Positions 17,026 through 24,482 of a DNA stretch of 64,000 bases are shown one piece after another. The notes under the pieces were generated by a model. It was not told where the DNA came from. It saw only the letters and a list, made by a program, of their open reading frames with translations, and searched no databases. A program made the position numbers and the translations under genes. The stretch is taken from the sequence record OR532817.1; one strand, 5' to 3'. Position 1 is the first letter of the stretch, and each line of letters starts with the position of its first letter.

Positions 17026-17610
17026 ATGAACAAACATCTTAAAGTACTGAATAAATGTAAATCCAATACCGAAATGTTACTGTACTGTTACAAAAATTTA
17101 ATTAAACTCGGTAAAGGTTCATCCCGCACGGTATTTTTGTTAACAAAAAATAAAGTACTGAAAGTTGCTCATAACCATATTGGCAACCAACAGAATACGG
17201 CGGAAATCACTGCCTGGCTGTATGTTGATTATGATCGCTATTATAATAAACGTTTTTTCGCTAAAGTGTTCCCTGATATGTCGCATTTTAAAGATGTATA
17301 CATAGTACAGGAGTACTGCGACAATATCAGTACTAAAGAAGCGAAGCCATACATCGAACATTACTTGACACCTCGCACTATTGAAAATGAGCGTGCTAAA
17401 CGCTTCCACACGGCGTTAAGAGATGTAGACAATACCCTTAACTATAAAACGCTGGTGGACTTAAACATGGGCAATATAGGCCGTTCTGTAAGGGGTGCAA
17501 TCAAACTACGTGACTATGGATTATCTGAACATATTGCTGAACAGTACCGAGAAGCCCGCTTCCAATACCAGAAGCTCAAAAGTATTAGTAAAATAAGTAT
17601 TGATTTATAA
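17026..17610 (+). CDS. Ser/Thr protein kinase (phage type)
   Basis: LGKGSSRTV Gly-loop, VLK lysine, helix-C E, DLNMGN catalytic loop, DYG. Confidence 0.8.
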   Translation: MNKHLKVLNKCKSNTEMLLYCYKNLIKLGKGSSRTVFLLTKNKVLKVAHNHIGNQQNTAEITAWLYVDYDRYYNKRFFAKVFPDMSHFKDVYIVQEYCDNISTKEAKPYIEHYLTPRTIENERAKRFHTALRDVDNTLNYKTLVDLNMGNIGRSVRGAIKLRDYGLSEHIAEQYREARFQYQKLKSISKISIDL

Positions 17611-17677
17611 TTTCAGTACTGGTATAGTACTTTCACAGGGGAGATAATCTCCCCCAAATCACAAAGGAGATTTTACC

Positions 17678-18040
17678 ATGAGTACTAAACCATTCGTTAC
17701 TACCCGTTCAAATCTCACCGAAATCTATGTACACGGTGGGTATGAGGAAACGTATGTCACTGGTATTATGGTAGAATTCCATCAGGGTTATCGGTTTATG
17801 TTGGTAGATTCAGAAATCTATCATACCCAACAAGATAAACATGGTTATGTCAATAAGTACTCCACCGATGAAGTACTGAAACGCCTGGATAACAAAATTA
17901 AACAAATTCAAAAACATCTTGACAACGGCGGAAAACTTAATCATTTACTTTGGGATAGCTTAGATCCCTGCTACGGTTCGGATGCATATGGTAAAAGCCG
18001 TGACACTGCAATGAAAGTACTTAAAGATTATTTCTTTTAA
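17678..18040 (+). CDS. Hypothetical protein
   Basis: Promoter, hairpin, RBS AAGGAG. Confidence 0.8.
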   Translation: MSTKPFVTTRSNLTEIYVHGGYEETYVTGIMVEFHQGYRFMLVDSEIYHTQQDKHGYVNKYSTDEVLKRLDNKIKQIQKHLDNGGKLNHLLWDSLDPCYGSDAYGKSRDTAMKVLKDYFF

Positions 18041-18121
18041 GTATTGACAAGCAATTCCAGTACTGTATAATATATTTCACAAGGGGAACATACCGTTCCC
18101 CGATTCAAGGAGATTAACCAA

Positions 18122-18304
18122 ATGAATAAATTCACAGTATTCGAAACAATCGCAGCAAACGGTGCTCCGATGTACTATGCTGTCAAAGGTGATACAGTAC
18201 TGGTATCCGGCAACGGTTGTCAATCATTTAAACCTTCTAACGTTTCCCCGTATTATGTCAGAACTAATATGGCGTATAGTCATATGCAAAAAATTACTCA
18301 ATAA
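18122..18304 (+). CDS. Hypothetical protein
   Basis: Promoter, hairpin, RBS AAGGAG. Confidence 0.8.
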   Translation: MNKFTVFETIAANGAPMYYAVKGDTVLVSGNGCQSFKPSNVSPYYVRTNMAYSHMQKITQ

Positions 18305-18386
18305 CCTATTGACATAGGTTATCAGTACTGGCATAATGTATTTCAAGGAGGTAATAACACCTCCTACCTTCAAGGAGTAGTTGACT

Positions 18387-18623
18387 ATGAATACTAAAGA
18401 AATGCTTTGTGAGTTCGCCAGTAACAATCTTGGCAACGCCGCTTTCATTGATGGTTTTAATTACGTAGCAACTCGTGATCAAGAAGGTAAAGTATTCGTT
18501 AAAGATCGTATGGGCTTTTCTATCCAGGTTCAATCCGGTACTGCAAGCCATATCGACGGCATGAATGTATGGGCTGCTACTATCCCCGGTGATGGAACAT
18601 ATCATTTCCGTATCGTAAAATAA
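18387..18623 (+). CDS. Hypothetical protein
   Basis: Promoter, hairpin, RBS AAGGAG. Confidence 0.8.
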   Translation: MNTKEMLCEFASNNLGNAAFIDGFNYVATRDQEGKVFVKDRMGFSIQVQSGTASHIDGMNVWAATIPGDGTYHFRIVK

Positions 18624-18722
18624 TTTAAAAAGTACTGGACAATACAATCCAGTACTGTATAATGTTTTGCATACACAAGAGATTCCAGTACTGGAATCTC
18701 TAATCTAAAGGAGAATACCAAA

Positions 18723-19004
18723 ATGATTAACGGCACTCTGATTAACTATGCAAAACGCCGTGATGTAGAAATAGAAGTACTGAAAGCAGGCGAAGTTGAC
18801 GACGACGCCCAGGTATGGTTCTACACCGCAGACAATGATTGTGAACCAGTACTGATGTATCTGATTAATAATGATGGTTCTCTTACTTATCGTAGCAAAC
18901 TGATGAAGTCCCTGGAAGATATGCCAGCACATATCAATAATAAAGAAGTGCTGAAACGCGTAATCTGCTACATCTCAGACCAGCACAAAGCGGATATGAT
19001 GTAA
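18723..19004 (+). CDS. Hypothetical protein
   Basis: Promoter, 24-bp palindromic leader, RBS AAGGAG. Confidence 0.8.
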   Translation: MINGTLINYAKRRDVEIEVLKAGEVDDDAQVWFYTADNDCEPVLMYLINNDGSLTYRSKLMKSLEDMPAHINNKEVLKRVICYISDQHKADMM

Positions 19005-19054
19005 TCTTTACAAATATGGGGGTTGACTAATGTCAGCCCTATTGGTATTATATA

Positions 19055-19105
19055 TTCAATCCAGCGAACTGGTCTAACCCTCAAGGGTGCCGAGATGTAT
19101 CTATA
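19055..19105 (+). ncRNA. Two-hairpin sRNA-like element, copy 13
   Basis: TTGACT (19023); CCAG-CGAA-CTGG; ACCC-TCAA-GGGT-GCCGAGATGTATCTATA. Confidence 0.65.
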
Positions 19106-19200
19106 ATTTAATGATTTGAAGTACTGAAAAATAATTATAAAAAGTACTTGCTAGACGTGAATTCTTTTAAGAATTCACTTGTATTTGTGATTCAGTACTG
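19085..19200 (+). repeat. 116-bp near-identical direct repeat, copy B
   Basis: Matches 8781-8896. Confidence 0.9.
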
Positions 19201-19285
19201 CCATAATATATCCATACAAGGGAAACATAGTGTTTCCCGATAATCCACAGCAATAGTGCTGGTGGATGAACCAGGAGTAATAACC

Positions 19286-19582
19286 ATGCAAGACAAATCA
19301 ATTCACGTTCAAGTAGTTTCAAGCCGTGGCTATGACGATGTAGTACTGGATATCATGGTTAAAGATCTGCGGGACTATGCAATCATTGCACGTCATATCA
19401 TGGTTAACTCCATTTGTATCAGTACTGGTGCCGATATGGAAGAAAACCGCTTACATATAGAAGAACATCTATACAAAGCACGCATGAATGACAGCAGTGT
19501 ATTCATCATTGAAGGTGCCGAGGGTAAAGAGTATACTGTATACCTTCGCCAGTACCAGGAAGTAGAAAAAGAAGAAGATTAA
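19286..19582 (+). CDS. Hypothetical protein
   Basis: Start moved to 19286 (RBS CAGGAG). Confidence 0.8.
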   Translation: MQDKSIHVQVVSSRGYDDVVLDIMVKDLRDYAIIARHIMVNSICISTGADMEENRLHIEEHLYKARMNDSSVFIIEGAEGKEYTVYLRQYQEVEKEED

Positions 19583-19673
19583 TTTATAAAAAGTACTTGC
19601 TTTAATAGTTCAGTACTGTATACTGTTTATCAAGGGGAAGCAATAGTGCCTCCCCACTCATAGGAGATACACC

Positions 19674-20072
19674 ATGTTTACTATCACTTCTCGCCAGGAT
19701 GTTCTGTACGTTGCTAAAACTTTTGGTCTGGAAGCACTCGATCATATCATTCGCAACAGTACAATGAATGCGGATGCAAATGGGATTATCATTGATACTC
19801 GGGCATGGGCCGCCAATGAAGTCATTGCCATCGAGCATGTTAACGATGGTAACAATGTCTATGAAGTGGATGCATGTTTCAATGCTGTTAATGTAGCAGG
19901 TATGTATATCACTGGTATTGATGATATCACTATCATCCGCTCCGGTATGGGTAACTTCTCCATGCCTTTACGTTCAGCAATGGAAAGAAAAGAGATCAGT
20001 ACAGAACAATGTGCAAATATAATCAATGAGATTACCGCACGTAATGAAGCTGCTGCTATCCTTTACCCGTAG
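19674..20072 (+). CDS. Hypothetical protein
   Basis: Promoter, hairpin, RBS TAGGAG. Confidence 0.8.
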   Translation: MFTITSRQDVLYVAKTFGLEALDHIIRNSTMNADANGIIIDTRAWAANEVIAIEHVNDGNNVYEVDACFNAVNVAGMYITGIDDITIIRSGMGNFSMPLRSAMERKEISTEQCANIINEITARNEAAAILYP

Positions 20073-20091
20073 TAGTTCAGTACAGTACTGT

Positions 20092-20123
20092 AAGCCCATA
20101 GGATAAACCCTGTGGGCTTTTTC
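20092..20123 (+). terminator. Intrinsic terminator closing the early region
   Basis: AAGCCCATAGG-ATAAAC-CCTGTGGGCTT-TTTC. Confidence 0.85.
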
Positions 20124-20519
20124 TTTATGGGTAATATGATTGGGTAGGTTATGGTGTAAGTACTGTCAGAATTGATTACAGGAGGATAGCGTAAAAATTG
20201 ATTAATTGATTTCAGTACTGAACTGTTATTGAGAAAAAATATTAGTCAAAAAATAATTGACTTAGAAAATAATTAAACCAATACCTTATACTGTATGAAA
20301 TAGTTTCAGACTGTTATTATATATTTGACTAAGTAAAGTGGTATTAGGCTTAGCACTTTTATATAGTATTACAGTACTGAACAATTTATACTATTCTGTA
20401 CATCATTCTGTACTACACTAATTGAAATTCATGGATATAAAACCCTTGCCTCTTCAATAAAAGTGTGCTATGATGTAATTAATATGTGTGTTTCTATTAT
20501 GTGAAATTATGGGTACAAA

Positions 20520-20708
20520 ATGAAAACCAGACAGTATCACACTGAAATAAAAGAAGCTTTTTATAATGGTAATCCATTAAGAAGTATTGAATTAGTTTTG
20601 CTTCGTAATTTAGGTACATCATCACAAGAAGAGTGTGCTCAAGAATATATAAATCGTTTGATATATAATGTAAAGTACAAAGCAAAAGGCATTTTTATCA
20701 TTACTTAA
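20520..20708 (+). CDS. Family B microprotein (LGTxxQ)
   Basis: ELVLLRNLGTSSQEECAQEYINRL. Confidence 0.7.
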   Translation: MKTRQYHTEIKEAFYNGNPLRSIELVLLRNLGTSSQEECAQEYINRLIYNVKYKAKGIFIIT

Positions 20709-20780
20709 ATCGTAATACATAAAGAATTAGATGATATTTAATGCTGTACTAATATCCTTGACTCTTTTCTTTTTCTACAA

Positions 20781-21167
20781 TTGTATATAACAGGAATAGT
20801 AATGCAACCTAAATTAATAAATTTTAAAAAATTCGATTCAAGAGTTAGTAAATCATGTCAAGAGCATACAAAAAGATATTCAATTCAACCCAATACTGTT
20901 AGGGTAAAAGAAATCTATCTACTTCATGCACTGGATACTAATGTACAATACGGGTACTCATTGCAGTACATTGATGCATTAATGCAAGAAATAAAAAGAA
21001 AGTGTATATGCGTGTACATTACTGGTATGAATTATGAGAAGTTCAGATTTGCAGTAAAAGACTGGAACGATCCTCATGTGGTACTGAAAGAATGTGAAAC
21101 GATGAAAGAAGCCCTGGTGTTTATCAAGACCAACAATTATCTTTGTGTAGAAAATTTATCAATTTGA
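20781..21167 (+). CDS. Family B protein with C-terminal extension
   Basis: EIYLLHALDTNVQ...YIDAL; C-terminus resembles 24479 ORF. Confidence 0.7.
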   Translation: MYITGIVMQPKLINFKKFDSRVSKSCQEHTKRYSIQPNTVRVKEIYLLHALDTNVQYGYSLQYIDALMQEIKRKCICVYITGMNYEKFRFAVKDWNDPHVVLKECETMKEALVFIKTNNYLCVENLSI

Positions 21168-21266
21168 CTAACCTTTGTTTGCATTAAAAGTAGACAAAGG
21201 TTTTTCTTTTTGCTATGATATCAGTACTACATAATCGTATCAACTCATTGGTGAGGAATCAAAAAA

Positions 21267-21674
21267 ATGGCAAAGAAAAAGAAAAAGATTGACAGAACAT
21301 TACGGCATCCTAAGTACAGAGTTCAATATCATGATAGTGAACAGATAGAAGTAGATTTGGGAGGTGGAAGTAGGTTAAAATATGCTAACAATGCATATGT
21401 GAATAATAAATTTGTATTAACATTGTATAAAAATTTCGAGTATCATTCAAGTAATGATCTTCTTGATTATACATTTATTAGTACTGAAGAAGAATTATTT
21501 CAGCATTCTTTGCTGTGTACTGTTGATATTGATTTTTCTGTACTGGTACAGTTACAGAAAGCTTTAAAGCATCAAATGTATCAATATATTTTTCCAAATA
21601 AACTGGAAATGATTAATATGAAGAATAGATATGTTTTGGATATTACTGGTACTGGGATTGAATTAGAAGAATGA
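21267..21674 (+). CDS. Family A protein (FQ motif)
   Basis: STEEELFQHSLL. Confidence 0.75.
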   Translation: MAKKKKKIDRTLRHPKYRVQYHDSEQIEVDLGGGSRLKYANNAYVNNKFVLTLYKNFEYHSSNDLLDYTFISTEEELFQHSLLCTVDIDFSVLVQLQKALKHQMYQYIFPNKLEMINMKNRYVLDITGTGIELEE

Positions 21675-21859
21675 AAACAATATCGGAATCTGAGTACAAT
21701 CAAATAGTTTCTGAATGTATTAGAAAACGCAATGGAAATTGTAATTTTGGTAATGCAAGAGGTAGAGAAATTTTACTTATTGCATTTTTAGATACAAATT
21801 TACAAGAGAGCTATTATCAAGAATATATTAAACATTTAATTCATAGTTTACACAAATGA
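21671..21859 (+). CDS. Family B microprotein
   Basis: EILLIAFLDTNLQESYYQEYIKHL. Confidence 0.75.
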   Translation: MKTISESEYNQIVSECIRKRNGNCNFGNARGREILLIAFLDTNLQESYYQEYIKHLIHSLHK

Positions 21860-22173
21860 AAATAAAAGAACATAAAAAAGTACGTATAGAGAGAATGGGT
21901 AAATTATATACTTTTAATTACAATAATAATGTTATATTTTACAGTACTATAATGAAACATTTCTATTCTAAGCACGGAGTAGTTCCTACATTTATAGATT
22001 TACCCAGTGATGAGTTATTCCAGCAATTATGTTCTTACGATGAATCAGAATTGGGATTATCTATATCTGAATTTGAAGGATTACAGATATTGTTTAAATT
22101 CAATGAAATTCCTAATTTGTGTTATGTAAACATACAAGATGGATACAGTTATATCTATGAAGTTTTTAACTGA
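21856..22173 (+). CDS. Family A-like protein
   Basis: DLPSDELFQQL. Confidence 0.7.
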   Translation: MKIKEHKKVRIERMGKLYTFNYNNNVIFYSTIMKHFYSKHGVVPTFIDLPSDELFQQLCSYDESELGLSISEFEGLQILFKFNEIPNLCYVNIQDGYSYIYEVFN

Positions 22174-22187
22174 GGTCGCGTACAGCA

Positions 22188-22528
22188 ATGAAAACTACTA
22201 AATTTGAATACAGAATTCAAGTATTTGATGAGGATATTTTGTGGTCTTACGAATATTATAAAAATGAGTACAAGAGTGAAGCGATAGATAAGGTTCTGAG
22301 AAAAATGATACGATTAAAGTACTGAATAATCATCTAATATTAGAATTTTTATAGAGAAGATACATGCAGGTTATTGTGTATTATACATCCTTAGAGATGA
22401 CAGAGGAATATGTATTTCAATTAAGTACAGTACATGAATATATTTCTGCTATTATAATGATTATGGATTTAAAAAAAGAATTAATCGCAAGATGCGTGTT
22501 CATGTACCTGATTTCAGTACTGAATTGA
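22188..22528 (+). pseudogene. Possibly fragmented Family A member (45-aa and 54-aa ORFs)
   Basis: ORF 22364-22528 has EEYVFQLSTV; its upstream frame is closed by TAG 22352-22354; no clear RBS. Confidence 0.35.
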
Positions 22529-22621
22529 GCATTGAGATATAAAATGTCTTGACATTGGCTTTTCTTTTTGCTATTATAATTATAAACCCGTATTATCCTT
22601 TACAAAGAGTAATAAAATAAA

Positions 22622-23266
22622 ATGACTACAAGTGAATTATCTGAACTGTTTGGGATTTTATCAGTACTGATGCCTAAGATTGAAAGTAATCCACATCATT
22701 TATTGAGTCCAAAAGCACAATCTATTTTCAGTATTGAAAAGCGAATGGATCTGGAATACGAGGAACTTTGTGCTCGTTTGAAAGCTATTGCAAATGATGA
22801 GATAATTCCAAAAGAATATCTTGTTAGTATCAATGAATTGAGTTCTTACACTCGTTGTGAAATCACTCGTCCTGAATATTATGATAGTGGTACTTGTAGT
22901 TATAAACGAGTATTAACAATGAAAGAAAATTCACATGATTTTAATGTAATTAATCTTACTGATGATGGTAAAGTGAAAGAAGTTATGTATCATCCTACAT
23001 CAGAAGAAATTATGATCAACAAAGGTGGTGTTTGGGGAAGTCGACATAAAATTAAAATTCCTAATTACAAAGACTATGATGATGTTGATGCTTGTATGTT
23101 CCAGTTAAGTACTGTAAAAGATTTTAGTACTGAAGAAGAAAATATTATGAAGTTCTTTATGTTCTTACAGAAGTTTAAAAGTTCACGAAAGCGTTTGCCT
23201 AAATTTAGTACAAACATTGAACTGATTTCATTATCTAAACTGCTGGAGTTGTATGACCAAAATTGA
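22622..23266 (+). CDS. Family A protein
   Basis: DACMFQLSTV; promoter TTGACA at about 22548. Confidence 0.8.
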   Translation: MTTSELSELFGILSVLMPKIESNPHHLLSPKAQSIFSIEKRMDLEYEELCARLKAIANDEIIPKEYLVSINELSSYTRCEITRPEYYDSGTCSYKRVLTMKENSHDFNVINLTDDGKVKEVMYHPTSEEIMINKGGVWGSRHKIKIPNYKDYDDVDACMFQLSTVKDFSTEEENIMKFFMFLQKFKSSRKRLPKFSTNIELISLSKLLELYDQN

Positions 23267-23534
23267 ATACTATTCAGTGCTGAATATTCAGGAAGTATGT
23301 AATGAATTATACTTCACTCCTTATACAGAAGTATTGCGTTCTGTACTACAATCACTACAGAAGGAATTCAATGCAAAGTACAAAGGAACTCCAGTACGAA
23401 CAAAAAACAATGAATTTGTCTATGAGACTGTAATTGATCATTATATTATATCGTTCATTGATTGTGTGTTCAAAACTGATGATATTGGATGGAACAGATA
23501 TTTTGATGAAACCGTTATGATCATTGGGAAATAA
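23253..23534 (+). CDS. Family C protein (about 95 aa)
   Basis: LQKEFNAKYKG; near-duplicate of 25550. Confidence 0.8.
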   Translation: MTKIEYYSVLNIQEVCNELYFTPYTEVLRSVLQSLQKEFNAKYKGTPVRTKNNEFVYETVIDHYIISFIDCVFKTDDIGWNRYFDETVMIIGK

Positions 23535-23539
23535 AAAAA

Positions 23540-23821
23540 ATGACTAAAGATGAATATAAATCTGTTTCTATTATTAGAAAAATGTGTGATTCTTTTTACA
23601 GAAATACACAATACGGTACTGCTATGCGTTCAGTACTGAATACGTTATCAAAAGATTTTACTCATAAGTATCATGGCCGAAAGATAAAAATTAATACTAT
23701 TAATGCAGAATATTACACAAAAATTAAAAAGTACAAGATTACATTAGGTGAATGTGATTTTCGTACTAACACCGGAATCAATGGTTCATTTTTTGGTGAT
23801 TATGTGACGCTATGTGATTAA
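23540..23821 (+). CDS. Family C protein
   Basis: MTKDEY...LSKDFTHKYHG. Confidence 0.8.
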   Translation: MTKDEYKSVSIIRKMCDSFYRNTQYGTAMRSVLNTLSKDFTHKYHGRKIKINTINAEYYTKIKKYKITLGECDFRTNTGINGSFFGDYVTLCD

Positions 23822-23890
23822 AAATGTTTTTTACTTACCATGTTAGTACATCGATAAAACAACCATGATATTTAATATAAAGGAAACGTT

Positions 23891-24142
23891 ATGAAACAAA
23901 TTTTTAAAACCATCTGGAATTCACTGTTTAGTAAAAATACCAGTACTGTTGATAGTACTGTTAGTACGGTTACTACCAATACACAAAGTACATACATTCC
24001 AGTATATAGTGATGAAAATCCATTCTATACAGAAGAAGAGAAGAAACAATGGATTGAGGATGAGATTCGTTTACGCAAAGAAGAAGCAGAGCGTATGAAA
24101 CTTGAAAAAAGTAATAAGAAATGCAACCAATGCAACAAATAA
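23891..24142 (+). CDS. Hypothetical protein
   Basis: RBS AAGGA; S/T-rich then charged. Confidence 0.7.
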   Translation: MKQIFKTIWNSLFSKNTSTVDSTVSTVTTNTQSTYIPVYSDENPFYTEEEKKQWIEDEIRLRKEEAERMKLEKSNKKCNQCNK

Positions 24143-24303
24143 ATTCTGACTATTATTACAGTACTGTACAGTACAATATGTATTTAAGTTCTTTTATGAA
24201 TTTAAAAACGAGTTCAATAGACAAAGACGTATATGAAAGTATATTGGGTTGTTTGAATCATAGTATTCATAAATTATATAAATTAAAAGGTACGTTGGGA
24301 TGA
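24121..24303 (+). CDS. Family D microprotein
   Basis: C-terminal LYKLKGTLG. Confidence 0.6.
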   Translation: MQPMQQINSDYYYSTVQYNMYLSSFMNLKTSSIDKDVYESILGCLNHSIHKLYKLKGTLG

Positions 24304-24482
24304 TTGATAATTACCAGCAAATAAAAATACTATCTGAGTATTATAAAATTGATACTAATTATATAGTACGGATGCCTGTAGAGTTGGATGAATCTTTACA
24401 TAAGTGGAGATATTTTTCAGTATTAAATAATTTGAATTTTGTCATTAATAGTTTATATGAATTACAAGGTAAATTACCATGA
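24300..24482 (+). CDS. Family D microprotein
   Basis: C-terminal LYELQGKLP. Confidence 0.65.
   Translation: MIDNYQQIKILSEYYKIDTNYIVRMPVELDESLHKWRYFSVLNNLNFVINSLYELQGKLP

Larger units (their letters stand above)
1168..19625 (+). promoter_or_regulatory. Array of sigma70-type early promoters with paired AGTACT palindromes
   Basis: AGTACT(TGACA/TGC)...AGTACTG-TATAAT/GCATAAT; AGTACT pairs 20 bp apart at 1168/1188, 2044/2064, 2411/2431, 3519/3539, 3925/3945, 6526/6546, 6603/6623, 8249/8269, 9844/9864, 10148/10168, 10854/10874, 11787/11807, 12300/12320, 13081/13101, 14667/14687, 15575/15595, 18631/18651, 19592/19612. Confidence 0.9.

Noticed and set aside
812-19105. sRNA family as a CRISPR array or CRISPR-repeat mimic
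   Set aside because: Copies are dispersed with individual promoters and no spacer periodicity; they do not resemble the type I-E or I-F repeats I know. Mimicry of other types is not excluded.
2411-19625. CAGTACTG as LexA (SOS) boxes
   Set aside because: It contains both LexA half-sites but back-to-back; I found no CTG-N10-CAG arrangement (18631-18656 is N12).
20107-20117. GCCCACAGGGT core on the minus strand inside the 20092 terminator
   Set aside because: No hairpin 1, conserved tail or correctly placed promoter; not counted as a 14th copy, though it may derive from one.
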